DNA from: an uncultured bacterium
GTDB taxonomy: Bacteria > Bacillota_I > Bacilli_A > RFN20 > CAG-826
Reading direction: 5' to 3'
NCBI GenBank assembly: GCA_949299395.1
Contig: CASGAB010000003.1
Span: 137-64,136, forward strand
Length of the DNA stretch: 64,000 nt
In this document: positions 7,603-18,153 of the stretch, piece by piece
How the letters are laid out: each line of letters opens with the position of its first letter
Position numbering within the stretch: position 1 is the stretch's first letter
The notes under the pieces: generated by a model
Told to the model about the DNA's origin: nothing
The model's input: the letters and a program-made list of their open reading frames with translations, nothing else
The model's database searches: none
Made by a program: the position numbers and the translations under genes

Positions 7603-9342
7603 ATGAACAAGAAAGCATTTTTAGAAGCAGTTACAGAATTAGGAAATCAAAAAAGACTTTCCAAAGAAATTATTAAAAAAGCTATTGAAGACGCATTTCA
7701 ACTTTCTTTAAATAAGAAGTTTGAAGATGAATATAAAATCGATTTAAGAGGAGCAAAAGCTAAAAAGGTTGATAAAACAAAAGGCGAAGAAAAACTTGAA
7801 GCTGCTCATATTAGAGTCGAAGTTGATTTAGATAAAGCAAAAATTAATATTTTCCATGAATTTAATGTTTTAAATGATGAAGATATTACTGATGACTTTA
7901 TTGAAATTTCAGTAGAAGAAGCACAAAAAAGAAATCCAAAATTAAAAGTTGGAGATGTTTATAGTGAAGAAATCGATTTTGATACATTAACTAAAAAAGA
8001 TGTTGATAGATTTATTTCTAACTTCAAACAATCCATTTCTAAAGCAGAAAAAGACGCATTATTAGAAGAGTTTGCTGATAAAATCGGAACGATTGTTACT
8101 GGTATTGTTGAAAAATTCGATAATACTTCATGTTTAGTTAATTTAGATGGAACAACAGTTGTTTTATATAAAAAGAATTTAATTGGTGATGAAAGATTTA
8201 AAACTGGCGATACTATCAAAGTTTATGTCCAAGGCATCAATAGAGATGATAAAAAAGCAGCTGTTATTCAAGTTTCAAGAAGCTGCCCAGAATTCTTACA
8301 TAAGATTTTTGAAAACGAAGTTAACGAAATCGTTGATGGAACAGTTTTAATTAAAGATATCGCTAGAATGAGTGGTGTTAGAAGTAAAGTTGTTGTTTAT
8401 TCAACTGATCCAAACGTTGATGCAAGTGGTGCTTGTATTGGTAAAAACGGCGAAAGAATTCAAAGAATTGTTGCTCAATTAGGTTCTGGCCGTGATCAAA
8501 AAGAAAAAATCGATGTTATTTTATATCACAAAAATTTAGGTGTTTACTTAGCAGAAATCTTAAAACCAGGTGAAGTTTTAGGTATTAACTTCGATTTAGA
8601 AAATAAGAGTGCAACTGTTATTTGTAAAAACGACACAATGAAAATTGCAGTTGGTACAAAAGGAAGTAACGTTATCTTAGCTAAACGCTTAACAGGTTTA
8701 GAAGTTATCAAAATTATTAATGATAGCGAAATGGAAGAAAACGGAATCACTTCATATAAACCAATTGAAGAATATATTGAAGAAGATAAAGCTCAAGAAG
8801 CTGAAGAAGCAAGAAAAAGATTTAGAGAACAAAGTATTCTTAAATCTGGTGCTAGAAAAGCTGAAACTCAAAAAGTTGAAGATGATGCTATCTTAGATGA
8901 AAAATTCGGTATCGATGATGATTCTATCGATATGGTCGAAGAAGTTGAAACGCCAGTTGTTGAAGAAACAGTTGAAGAAGCTCCAAAAGCTACTAAAGAA
9001 GTTAAAGAAGAAACTCCAGTTACAGTTACTGAGCCAGTTAAAGAAGAAGTTAAAGTTGAAGAAGTTAAAGAAGTTAAAACTACTACAACACTTGAATCTT
9101 TAGAAAAATCTTTAGAAGAAGAAAAGAAAACAAAAACTGAAAATAAGAGTAAAAAATCTTCTAAAAAGAAAGAAGAAGTTAAAAAAGAAGAAACTGAAGA
9201 AGTTAAAAAACCATTCAAAAAGATGGATATTTATACTGCTGAAGAACTTCAAGAATTCGAAGAAGAAGAAAATGACGACTATTATGATGAAGACGAAGAA
9301 GATTGGTCTGAATATGATAGTGATGATTATTACGAGGAATAA
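7603..9342 (+). CDS. nusA: Transcription termination/antitermination factor NusA with a roughly 200-aa Lys/Glu-rich, acidic C-terminal extension
   Basis: NusA N-terminal domain, S1 and two KH domains within the first ~370 aa. Then a low-complexity KEEVK repeat region ending DDYYDEDEEDWSEYDSDDYYEE. Confidence 0.9.
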   Translation: MNKKAFLEAVTELGNQKRLSKEIIKKAIEDAFQLSLNKKFEDEYKIDLRGAKAKKVDKTKGEEKLEAAHIRVEVDLDKAKINIFHEFNVLNDEDITDDFIEISVEEAQKRNPKLKVGDVYSEEIDFDTLTKKDVDRFISNFKQSISKAEKDALLEEFADKIGTIVTGIVEKFDNTSCLVNLDGTTVVLYKKNLIGDERFKTGDTIKVYVQGINRDDKKAAVIQVSRSCPEFLHKIFENEVNEIVDGTVLIKDIARMSGVRSKVVVYSTDPNVDASGACIGKNGERIQRIVAQLGSGRDQKEKIDVILYHKNLGVYLAEILKPGEVLGINFDLENKSATVICKNDTMKIAVGTKGSNVILAKRLTGLEVIKIINDSEMEENGITSYKPIEEYIEEDKAQEAEEARKRFREQSILKSGARKAETQKVEDDAILDEKFGIDDDSIDMVEEVETPVVEETVEEAPKATKEVKEETPVTVTEPVKEEVKVEEVKEVKTTTTLESLEKSLEEEKKTKTENKSKKSSKKKEEVKKEETEEVKKPFKKMDIYTAEELQEFEEEENDDYYDEDEEDWSEYDSDDYYEE

Positions 9343-9347
9343 AATAA

Positions 9348-9608
9348 ATGAAAAAAATACCATTACGCCGCTGTTTAGTTACTAATGAATCTTTTCCAAA
9401 AGAGGAACTTTTTAGAATTGTTCGTACTCCAAATGGAGAAGTTATTTTAGATACAACTTATAAAGCTAATGGTAGAGGAGCTTATGTTAAAAAGGATGAA
9501 GAAATTATCCTTAAAGCAAAAGCAAAAAAAGTTTTAGATAGAGCACTCGAAGTAAAAGTACCTGAAGAAGTTTATGAAAGAATGCTCAACTATTTAAAAA
9601 TGAAATAA
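9348..9608 (+). CDS. ylxR: YlxR/DUF448 RNA-binding protein of the nusA-infB operon
   Basis: PLRRCLVT...RGAYV motif. Lies between nusA and infB. Confidence 0.8.
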   Translation: MKKIPLRRCLVTNESFPKEELFRIVRTPNGEVILDTTYKANGRGAYVKKDEEIILKAKAKKVLDRALEVKVPEEVYERMLNYLKMK

Positions 9609-9631
9609 AAAGAAGAAGGAGGCGAAAAGAT

Positions 9632-11470
9632 ATGGATAAAAAGAACAATAAAAAGGTAAATAGAGAGACTAATATTCCAGCATCTAATCAAAATAAAAAC
9701 AAAAACATGAACAAAGTTCATGACCAAGTTTTTGTTTTTACTAAATCTTTAACTGTTGGAGAATTAGCAAAAGAATTAAATGTTAATGCCTCTGATATTA
9801 TTAAAAAATTATTCTTGCAAAAGAAAATTGTTACCATTAATAACTATTTAGATGATGATACAATCGGTGAAATTTGTTTAGAGTTTGGTTTTGACTTTAA
9901 AAAAGAAGAAATTATCGATGAAGAAGATTTTGAAAAGATTCAAATCGATGATAAACCTGAAGATTTAAAAGAGAGACCAGCTGTTGTTACCGTTATGGGT
10001 CACGTTGACCATGGTAAAACAACTTTAATCGATGCAATTAGAAATTCAAATATTGCTGCTAGTGAATATGGCGGAATTTCTCAAGAAATTGGTGCCTATC
10101 AAAAAGTAGTTAATGGTAAAAAGATTACCTTCATCGATACTCCTGGACACGAAGCTTTCTCAGCTATGAGAAGTAGAGGTGCATCCGTTACTGATATTGT
10201 TATTTTAGTTGTTGCTGCTGATGATGGAGTTATGCCTCAAACATTAGAAGCAATCGATCACGCTAAAGCTGCAAATGTTCCAATTATTGTTGCAGTTAAT
10301 AAAATGGATGTTCCTGGAGCAAATAGTGAAAAAGTTATTAATGAACTTATTCAACATGAAGTTGTCGCTGAAAAATATGGTGGTGACGTCATGGTTTGTG
10401 AAATTTCTGCAAAGAAAAAAGAAGGTATTGAAGAATTATTAGAAACTGTTTTAGTTGAAGCAGAAATGCTTGAACTTAAAGCAAATCCTGATAGATATGC
10501 TATTGGTACAGTTTTAGAAGCTGAACTTGATAAAGGTGAAGGACCTAAAGCCACACTTTTAGTTCAAAATGGTACATTACTTTCTTCAGATTATGTCGTT
10601 GTTGGTTCTACCTATGGCAAAGTTAGAAGAATGACTAATGAACATAAACAAGTTTTAAAAGAAGCAACACCATCAACTCCAGTTAGTGTTATCGGACTTA
10701 ACGAAGTTCCTTTAGCTGGAGATCACTTCATGGCTTTCCCTACCGAAAAACAAGCAAAAGATATTGCTGAAAAGAGAAAGCTAAAGAAAATTAATGAAGA
10801 AAGAGCTCAAAGTGGTGGAGTTACATCTTTAGAAAGCTTATATGAAAAAATTAATGAAGGTCAAATGACTAACATTAATATTATTGTTAAAGCTGATACA
10901 ACAGGTAGTGCTGAAGCAGTTAAAGCTTCTTTAGAAAAATTAAATAACGATCAAGTTAAGATTAATGTTATTAGAAGTGCAGCTGGAGCAATCACAGAAA
11001 GTGATGTTTTACTTGCTAGTGCTTCAGGAGCTATTATTTATGGCTTTAATGTTAGACCATCTGCTTTAGTTAGAAAAAAAGCTGAAGAAGAAAAGATTGA
11101 AATTAGAACTCAAAAAATTATCTATGCTTTAATTGAAGAAGTTGAAGGTGCAATTAAAGGTAAGATGAAAAAAGAAACCGTTGAAAATATTCTTGGTCAA
11201 GCTGAAGTTAGAAACGTCTTTAAAGTTTCTAAGGTCGGTGAAATTGCAGGATGTATGGTTACAGATGGAATTATTAAAAATACTGCATTAGTCCATATTT
11301 TAAGAAATGGCGTTGTTGTTTATGACGGAGAAATTGATTCTCTTAAACGTTTTAAGGATGACGCTAAAGAAGTTAAAGAAGGCTTTGAATGTGGTATTAA
11401 GATTAAGAATTTCAACGATATTCATGAAGGCGATATTATTGAAGCCTTTGAAATGGTTGAAGTTGATTAG
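9632..11470 (+). CDS. infB: Translation initiation factor IF-2
   Basis: GTPase motifs GHVDHGKTT and DTPGH. 612 aa. Confidence 0.95.
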   Translation: MDKKNNKKVNRETNIPASNQNKNKNMNKVHDQVFVFTKSLTVGELAKELNVNASDIIKKLFLQKKIVTINNYLDDDTIGEICLEFGFDFKKEEIIDEEDFEKIQIDDKPEDLKERPAVVTVMGHVDHGKTTLIDAIRNSNIAASEYGGISQEIGAYQKVVNGKKITFIDTPGHEAFSAMRSRGASVTDIVILVVAADDGVMPQTLEAIDHAKAANVPIIVAVNKMDVPGANSEKVINELIQHEVVAEKYGGDVMVCEISAKKKEGIEELLETVLVEAEMLELKANPDRYAIGTVLEAELDKGEGPKATLLVQNGTLLSSDYVVVGSTYGKVRRMTNEHKQVLKEATPSTPVSVIGLNEVPLAGDHFMAFPTEKQAKDIAEKRKLKKINEERAQSGGVTSLESLYEKINEGQMTNINIIVKADTTGSAEAVKASLEKLNNDQVKINVIRSAAGAITESDVLLASASGAIIYGFNVRPSALVRKKAEEEKIEIRTQKIIYALIEEVEGAIKGKMKKETVENILGQAEVRNVFKVSKVGEIAGCMVTDGIIKNTALVHILRNGVVVYDGEIDSLKRFKDDAKEVKEGFECGIKIKNFNDIHEGDIIEAFEMVEVD

Positions 11471-11503
11471 TTAGTTAATTTATATTTTAAAGATTTATAA
11501 GAT

Positions 11504-11857
11504 ATGGGAAGTAATTCAAAAGAACGTTTAGCAGCAGAAATAAGTAAAGATATTAAAGAGATTGTTCAATTTGATATGCAAAATGAATCAATCGGATTTT
11601 TAACAATCACTGAAGTTGTTGTTTCTAGTGATCATAGTTATGCTAAAGTTTATGTATCATTTTTTAATAATCCTGAAAAAAATCTTGCTAAACTTAATCA
11701 CTCTAAAGGATTTGTTAGATCTAAACTTGCTAAAAGATTAAAAACTAGAAGAGTTCCAGAAATAGAATTTGTTTTAGATGATTCATTTTTTAAGTTTCAA
11801 AAACTTGATGAAGCATTATCTAAAGAAGAAGAGGATTTAGAAAAGATAAAAAAATAG
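11504..11857 (+). CDS. rbfA: Ribosome-binding factor A
   Basis: 117 aa. Conserved position after infB. Confidence 0.85.
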   Translation: MGSNSKERLAAEISKDIKEIVQFDMQNESIGFLTITEVVVSSDHSYAKVYVSFFNNPEKNLAKLNHSKGFVRSKLAKRLKTRRVPEIEFVLDDSFFKFQKLDEALSKEEEDLEKIKK

Positions 11858-11886
11858 TTAAACCAATTTATTTTTATTGGTTTAAC
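11857..11886. terminator. Bidirectional terminator hairpin lying exactly between the two convergent stop codons
   Basis: GTTAAACCAAT-ttattttt-ATTGGTTTAAC, an 11-bp stem. A/T tracts flank it on both sides. Confidence 0.6.
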
Positions 11887-13061
11887 TATTTAATTAAGTT
11901 ATTCTCTTTAAATATTTTAGAAATATATACTGGATTAATAGAGATAGAAATTAGGTACTTGTTACCTAATTTTTCTTTATTTAAAGGGATATATTTAATA
12001 TTTTTAATTATTTTTTTATTAACATCTAAATAGAAGGAAATAGGATTAAATTTATCATAGATTTTTAAATATAAATCATAGATTATTAACTCTAAATATT
12101 TTAAATAGGAAGAAGTAAAATTAACGAGTGTTACCACAAATTTTCTATCATTTTTAGTTAAATTAATAACTCCAATAAGAGTATTTTCATGATAATAATG
12201 TAGATGAATATTATTTGAAGAAGGAATCTTTTTACTTTTTAAAAAATTCATTTCTAAAATTAAAGATTCTAAATCAGTGACGTGTTTAAAATAATACGAT
12301 GTATTTTCTACTTTAAACTCAAAATGATCAAAGAAAATGTCTAATTTTTCTTTATTATTTAACATCGTTAAGAAGTTATCTTTAGCACTTGGGAATTTTT
12401 TATAAATATCTTTTAAAACGTTTTTAATATCTTCTCTTTTGGTATGTTTATCATTAGGACAAGAAGAAGTAAAAACTGGAATATTTTCTTCTTTTATTAA
12501 TCTTTCAATTGTTTTTTCTTCAACATAAATAAATGGTCTAATAAACGTAATTTTTTCATTTGTTAAAAACATTTTTGGAGCAAAAGTAGCGATTCTTCCA
12601 CCATATATTTCATTTAAAAATAAGGTTTCAATCGCATCATCTTTATGATGGGCAAAAGAAACATAGGTGCAATTAAGTTCATGAGCAACTTTATTAATAA
12701 TTGCTTTTTTCATTTTTGAACAAATTGAACAAGGAAGATGAGTTAAATGTTGTTTTTCTTTTTGTATTGAAAGAATTTCATAAACTTGTTTAGCATCCTT
12801 AATATAAAGATTATAACCTAAAGAAGAAACATAATTTTTAAGTTCATTAAAATCACTATTAGGAAAACCTAAATCGATAACCATCGGATGAATTTCAAAT
12901 TTTGTTTTACTATATTTTTTATATAAATCTAAACAATATAAAAGAGCCATGGAGTCTTTTCCTCCACTAACTCCAATACAAATTGAAGTATCCTCTTTAA
13001 ATAGGTTAAATTCTTGATCAGCTCTTTTAATTGAAGCTAATATAATTCTTAAGGCTTTCAT
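11886..13061 (-). CDS. PP-loop ATP pyrophosphatase, TtcA-like tRNA thiolation enzyme, with an extra ~130-aa C-terminal domain
   Basis: SGGKDS PP-loop. HHKDDAIETLFLNEIYGGR matches the TtcA family. One CxxC motif. Confidence 0.55.
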   Translation of the reverse strand: MKALRIILASIKRADQEFNLFKEDTSICIGVSGGKDSMALLYCLDLYKKYSKTKFEIHPMVIDLGFPNSDFNELKNYVSSLGYNLYIKDAKQVYEILSIQKEKQHLTHLPCSICSKMKKAIINKVAHELNCTYVSFAHHKDDAIETLFLNEIYGGRIATFAPKMFLTNEKITFIRPFIYVEEKTIERLIKEENIPVFTSSCPNDKHTKREDIKNVLKDIYKKFPSAKDNFLTMLNNKEKLDIFFDHFEFKVENTSYYFKHVTDLESLILEMNFLKSKKIPSSNNIHLHYYHENTLIGVINLTKNDRKFVVTLVNFTSSYLKYLELIIYDLYLKIYDKFNPISFYLDVNKKIIKNIKYIPLNKEKLGNKYLISISINPVYISKIFKENNLIK

Positions 13062-13143
13062 CGACTTAAAAATAATAAATTATTTTTATATATAAAGCAA
13101 AAATTTGTTATATTTTAGCCTTAAAAGTAGTAAAATTTTAACC

Positions 13144-14049
13144 ATGGATGTTATTTATTTAAAGAATTTTGATGAAGTAAATGAAGTAGCTAAATTATCA
13201 CTTGTTTTAGGTAATTTTGATGGTGTTCATATTGGACATACTCAACTTATAAATTATGCCAGAACAAATACAAACGGTAATTTAGGTATTTTAACATTTG
13301 ATAAACCTTTAAAAACTGTTGAAGGATGTTTAACAACTATCGATACTCGTTTAGAATTATTTAAAAATTTAGGTGTTGATTATGTTTTTATTATTAAAAC
13401 AGATGATAATTTTAAACATATGCCATATATAAAGTTTGTTGATTTTGTCTTAAAAAAACTTAATCCAGTTAAGATTTTCTGTGGTCCAGATTTTAAATAT
13501 GGTTATAACGCTCAAGGTGATGTTTATTATTTAAAAGAAAGGTTTAATGAAGTTTATATTTTAAATTATGTTAATGATCATAATGGAAATAAAATTTCTT
13601 CATATTCAATTAGAAAATTAATTAAAGATGGTGAACTTTATGAAGCAAATAGATGGCTTGGTAGAGTTTATTCAATAAAAGGAGTTGTTACAAAAGGAAA
13701 AGGGAACGGTTTAAGTTTTGGCTTTCCTACAGCAAACTTAACTTTAGAAGATAATTATATTGTCCCTAAAGAAGGAGTTTATGTAACAATGACTACATTA
13801 AATGGTAAAAAAATGAGATCTATCACTAACATTGGAAAAAATCCTACCCTTGGTGATGGTAATAAATTAACGATTGAAACTTATATTTTTGATTTCCAAG
13901 ATGAATTATATGGAAAAGAACTCGAAGTTTCTTTTTATCATCGTTTAAGAGATGAAATTAAATTTGCTTCAATAAAAGAACTAGTTGAACAACTTGAAAA
14001 AGATTTAGATGATGCGATTTATTATTTTGATTATGGCAAAAACTTTTAA
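13144..14049 (+). CDS. ribF: Bifunctional riboflavin kinase / FMN adenylyltransferase
   Basis: GNFDGVHIGH motif. The track ORF starts at TTG 13105. The ATG at 13144 gives a canonical-length N-terminus. Confidence 0.85.
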   Translation: MDVIYLKNFDEVNEVAKLSLVLGNFDGVHIGHTQLINYARTNTNGNLGILTFDKPLKTVEGCLTTIDTRLELFKNLGVDYVFIIKTDDNFKHMPYIKFVDFVLKKLNPVKIFCGPDFKYGYNAQGDVYYLKERFNEVYILNYVNDHNGNKISSYSIRKLIKDGELYEANRWLGRVYSIKGVVTKGKGNGLSFGFPTANLTLEDNYIVPKEGVYVTMTTLNGKKMRSITNIGKNPTLGDGNKLTIETYIFDFQDELYGKELEVSFYHRLRDEIKFASIKELVEQLEKDLDDAIYYFDYGKNF

Positions 14050-14181
14050 TTAAAATATATAAAAAAATATTGATTTTTATCGTATTATTCTATATATTAT
14101 TTAAGACTTTTATCTTTGGATAAGGAATCTCCAACCTCATCTATTGATATTAGCTAATTAATTTAATAAAGGAGAAAGAAA

Positions 14182-14451
14182 ATGGCTGTTAGTAAACAAA
14201 CAAAAGCTGAATTAATTAAAAAATTCGGTAAAAACGACAAAGACACAGGTAGTGTTGAAGTCCAAGTTGCTATTTTAACTGCTTCAATTAAACATTTAAC
14301 TGAACACTTAAAAAATAACGATAAGGACCATGTCGCTAGAAGAAGTTTATTAGTATTAGTTGGTAAAAGAAAATCTTTATTATCTTATTTAGAAAAACAA
14401 GATAGAGATGCTTATATCAAATTAATTGCTGAACTCGGATTACGTAAATAG
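14182..14451 (+). CDS. rpsO: 30S ribosomal protein S15
   Basis: 89 aa, canonical S15 sequence. GGAG ribosome-binding site. Confidence 0.95.
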   Translation: MAVSKQTKAELIKKFGKNDKDTGSVEVQVAILTASIKHLTEHLKNNDKDHVARRSLLVLVGKRKSLLSYLEKQDRDAYIKLIAELGLRK

Positions 14452-14471
14452 TAATTAAAAAAAAGAATATA

Positions 14472-14500
14472 AAAGGACCTAGATGGTCCTTTTATATTTT
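14472..14500 (+). terminator. Intrinsic terminator after rpsO
   Basis: AAAGGACC-tagat-GGTCCTTT followed by TTTTATATTTT. Confidence 0.75.
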
Positions 14501-14544
14501 ATAATAATAAGTATGAATATTTGTTATAATTTTAAATAGTATTT

Positions 14545-16284
14545 ATGGATTTAAAAACAATATCTTATTCATTAAGAAATTATAAAAAACAATTAATTTT
14601 TGGCCCAATATTTAAAACTATTGAGGTTATTTTTGAGCTTTTTATACCTCTTTTAATGAAAGAGATTATTGATGTCGGTATTGAAAAAGGAAATAGTGGC
14701 GATTTTTCTTATATTATTTATTTAGGCTTAACTATTTTAGGACTAGTTATTTTTGGCTTTTTTTCAACAATGACCTGCCAATATTTTGCTAGTATTTGTT
14801 CTCAAGGTTTTGGAACAGATTTAAGAAATAGAATCTATCGAAAGGTTGATGAATTATCTTTAAAAGAACTTGAAATAGTTGGTAAAGGTAATTTATTAAC
14901 GATGTTAAGTAATGATACTTCTCGTCTTCAACTAGGAGTAGCTTATTTAATTCGTCTTGCAATAAGAGCCCCTTTACTTGTAGTTGGTTCTTTAATAATG
15001 TGTATTTTTGTTTCAACTAATGCATTTATTGTTTTTTTAGTTGCAGTCTTAATTATTTCGATATTTATCACAATTATTTTTATTTTATCATCGAAACAAA
15101 TCTTAAAGGTTCAAAAAAGAGTTGATAAAATTGTTACTGTTTCTAACGATAATTTAGCTGGAACTCGAGTTATTAGAGCATTTAATAAAGAAGAAGATGA
15201 AGTTAATAATTTTAAAAAGATTAATGAAGAATATTATAAAGAATCAAAAAGAAATGCTTTTTTAAATGCTCTTGTTAATCCTCTTACTTATTTAATTATT
15301 AATGGTGCAGCAGTAGTAATTGTTTTATTTGCTAAAAATTATATTAATTTACCAGAAGAAATGAGTAGTGGAGATTTACTTGCTTTAATTCAATATTTAA
15401 ATCAAATAATGACTGCATTACTTGTTGTTTTTAATCTAGTCATAGTTTTTACAAAAGCCTTAGCTTCAAGAAAAAGAGTTAATGAATTTTTAACTAAAGA
15501 AAGTTCGATTAAAAGCGGTGAAATTACTCTTGATGAATTTAAAGTTGGTTCTCCATTAATTACTTTTAAAAACGTTTATTTTAGATATGAAGATGGTGAT
15601 AACTATGTTATTAAAGATGTTTCTTTTAATATCAATAAAGGTGAAACTATAGGAATTATCGGTGGAACTGGTAGTGGGAAAACAACCTTAATTAAATTAA
15701 TTGAAAGATTTTTTGATGCTAGTGAAGGTGAGATTCTTTTTAATAATAAAAATATTAAAAATTACGATACAGATTATTTAACTTCACTCATTTCTTTAGT
15801 TTCTCAAAAGGTTTCTATTTTTAGCGGAAGCGTTAAAGAAAATTTAACAATGGGAAATGATAATATTGATGAAAATTCGATAAATAAGGCATTAATTGAT
15901 GCCGATGCATATAGTTTTGTTTCTAAATACGAGGATAAACTTGATCATAATTTTGTTGAAGCTGGTAAAAATCTTTCTGGTGGACAAAAGCAAAGAATTT
16001 CAATTGCTAGAGCTTTATTAAAAAAAGGTGAAGTATTAATTTTAGATGATTCAACTAGTGCATTAGATTTTCTAACTGATAAAAAAGTTAGAAATAATAT
16101 CAAAAATATCGAAGATTTAACGACAATTATCGTTTCTCAAAGAGCAACATCTTTAGCAGATTGTGACAAGATTATTGTTATGTATCATGGTGGAGTAGAA
16201 GCGGTTGGAACTCATGAAGAATTATTAAATACTTCTCGAGTTTATAAAGAAATTTATACATCACAGGTGAAAAATTATGAGTAA
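14545..16284 (+). CDS. ABC exporter, fused permease and ATPase subunit (first half of a heterodimer)
   Basis: Six transmembrane segments, then Walker A GGTGSGKTT, signature LSGGQKQR and Walker B ILDDSTS. Confidence 0.85.
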   Translation: MDLKTISYSLRNYKKQLIFGPIFKTIEVIFELFIPLLMKEIIDVGIEKGNSGDFSYIIYLGLTILGLVIFGFFSTMTCQYFASICSQGFGTDLRNRIYRKVDELSLKELEIVGKGNLLTMLSNDTSRLQLGVAYLIRLAIRAPLLVVGSLIMCIFVSTNAFIVFLVAVLIISIFITIIFILSSKQILKVQKRVDKIVTVSNDNLAGTRVIRAFNKEEDEVNNFKKINEEYYKESKRNAFLNALVNPLTYLIINGAAVVIVLFAKNYINLPEEMSSGDLLALIQYLNQIMTALLVVFNLVIVFTKALASRKRVNEFLTKESSIKSGEITLDEFKVGSPLITFKNVYFRYEDGDNYVIKDVSFNINKGETIGIIGGTGSGKTTLIKLIERFFDASEGEILFNNKNIKNYDTDYLTSLISLVSQKVSIFSGSVKENLTMGNDNIDENSINKALIDADAYSFVSKYEDKLDHNFVEAGKNLSGGQKQRISIARALLKKGEVLILDDSTSALDFLTDKKVRNNIKNIEDLTTIIVSQRATSLADCDKIIVMYHGGVEAVGTHEELLNTSRVYKEIYTSQVKNYE

Positions 16285-18037
16285 TATGGAGTTTTTGTAT
16301 AAATATCTTAAAAAAGAGATGATCTCAATAATTCTATGTTTATTGATGGCAATAATCATTGTTTTTTCACTTACTTTTATTCCTTATTTTATTGGTGATA
16401 GTGTTGATATTATTAGCGAAGCTTTATTAAATAATGGCCAAATAGAATGGAATGACTTTTATCAAAATATCTGTATAATTTTATCTTTAATTTGTGTATT
16501 AGTAGTTTTTCAGTTGATTTTTGATACTTTATTAGGCTTCTTTGTAGAACGAATTACCGTTAGAGTTAGAGTCGATACATTCGAAAAATTAAGTAAAGTT
16601 TCAATTAAATATATCGATGAACAATCAAAAGGCGATTTAATTAGTCGAATTATTAATGATGTCGATAATTTAAATACCGGTTTAATTAGTGGTTTTAGAC
16701 AATTCTTCACTGGAGTTATGCAAATTATTGCAACAATTTCGATAATGTTTTATTTAAATTGGATTTTAGCCCTTGTTGTTATTGTTTTAACTCCATTTAG
16801 TTTCCTTTTATCGTATGTAATTGCTAAAAAAAGCGCTAAATATTATAAAAAATGCAATGAATATATCGGTGAAGGTAGTGGCATTTTCCTTGAATACCTA
16901 AATAATATTGAAACCATTAAATCCTTTAACTATGGTGAAAAATCCTTTGAAAAATATAAAGTTACTAATGAAAATCTTTATAAAGTTGGACAAAAAGCTC
17001 AATTTGTTTCTTCTTTAGTAAATCCAGCTTCAAGATTAATTAATAATTGTATTTATGCTTTTGTTGGAACTTTAGGCGCTTTACTTTGTGTTTTTACCTT
17101 TAAAAACGGTGGTATATTCTTAGGAACAACAATGAGTGTTGGCATGGTCACAACCTTCTTACAATATTCAATTCAATATGCTAAGCCATTTGATGGAATT
17201 ACTTCATGTTTAAGCGAACTTCAAAATGCATTTTCTTCGATAAATAGGCTTAAAAACGTATATTTAACTGAAAATGATATTGATAATGGAACTAATAAAA
17301 TTAAAGGAAAAATCAATGATATTTCTTTTGAAAATATTAATTTTGGATATGTTGAAGGACAACAAGTTATTAAGAATTTTTCTTTAGATGTACCATATGG
17401 TAAAAAGATTGCAATTGTTGGTCCAACGGGTTGTGGCAAAACAACTTTGATTAATCTTTTATTACGTTTTTATGATCCTCAAACTGGTTCAATAAATTTA
17501 AATAATGAAAGTAATTTGACTATTTCTAAAAAAGAAATTAGATCTCATTTTGGAATGGTTTTACAAGATACTTGGATTTTTAATGGAACAGTTTTTGAAA
17601 ATATTGCTTATGGTAAAAAAGATGCAACTTTAGAAGAAGTAAAAGAAGCATGCGTTAAAGCAAATTGTCTCGATTTTATCGAAAGATTAGGTAAAGGATT
17701 TGATACAAAAATTGCTGATGATTCTGGTTTAAGTGCAGGCCAAAAACAACTTATTTGTATTGCTAGAGTAATGTTACTTATGCCTGATATTATGATTTTA
17801 GATGAAGCTACTTCAAATATTGATACTCGTACTGAAATGAAAATTACTGAAGCATTTAAGAATTTAACCGAAGGAAAAACCGCCTTTGTTATTGCTCATA
17901 GACTTTCAACCATCGTTAATAGTGATTTAATTTTAGTCTTAAAAGATGGTGAAATTATTGAATTTGGAAATCATAAAGAATTAATCGATAAAAAAGGTTT
18001 CTATTACGAACTTTATAACGCTCAATTCTCCTCTTAG
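16277..18037 (+). CDS. ABC exporter, fused permease and ATPase subunit (second half of a heterodimer)
   Basis: Transmembrane domain, then GPTGCGKTT, LSAGQKQ and ILDEATS. Overlaps the previous gene by 8 nt. Confidence 0.85.
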   Translation: MSNMEFLYKYLKKEMISIILCLLMAIIIVFSLTFIPYFIGDSVDIISEALLNNGQIEWNDFYQNICIILSLICVLVVFQLIFDTLLGFFVERITVRVRVDTFEKLSKVSIKYIDEQSKGDLISRIINDVDNLNTGLISGFRQFFTGVMQIIATISIMFYLNWILALVVIVLTPFSFLLSYVIAKKSAKYYKKCNEYIGEGSGIFLEYLNNIETIKSFNYGEKSFEKYKVTNENLYKVGQKAQFVSSLVNPASRLINNCIYAFVGTLGALLCVFTFKNGGIFLGTTMSVGMVTTFLQYSIQYAKPFDGITSCLSELQNAFSSINRLKNVYLTENDIDNGTNKIKGKINDISFENINFGYVEGQQVIKNFSLDVPYGKKIAIVGPTGCGKTTLINLLLRFYDPQTGSINLNNESNLTISKKEIRSHFGMVLQDTWIFNGTVFENIAYGKKDATLEEVKEACVKANCLDFIERLGKGFDTKIADDSGLSAGQKQLICIARVMLLMPDIMILDEATSNIDTRTEMKITEAFKNLTEGKTAFVIAHRLSTIVNSDLILVLKDGEIIEFGNHKELIDKKGFYYELYNAQFSS

Positions 18038-18153
18038 GAATATTCGATAAACATCATATTTTCTAATTCTATTTTTATTAAAAAATAGAGTTTTAAACTA
18101 GGTTTTAATAATGTTATAATCATAACGTTTAATATTTGAGGAAAAAATTAGAA

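Noticed and set aside
13105-13143. Upstream TTG/ATG starts proposed by the ORF track for ribF (13105), pnp (18136), the phosphoesterase (20344), alaS (35018), grpE (52020), dnaJ (54691), the ARH (55884) and rpsT (42852)
   Set aside because: In each case the extension begins at TTG or lies inside or too close to the SD or a terminator hairpin. A downstream ATG gives an N-terminus that matches orthologs. The adjusted starts are used in the feature list.
14545-18037. ABC exporter pair as a bacteriocin/lantibiotic export system
   Set aside because: Neither subunit has an N-terminal C39 peptidase domain. No precursor peptide or modification enzymes are adjacent. They look like generic heterodimeric multidrug/lipid-type exporters inserted between rpsO and pnp.
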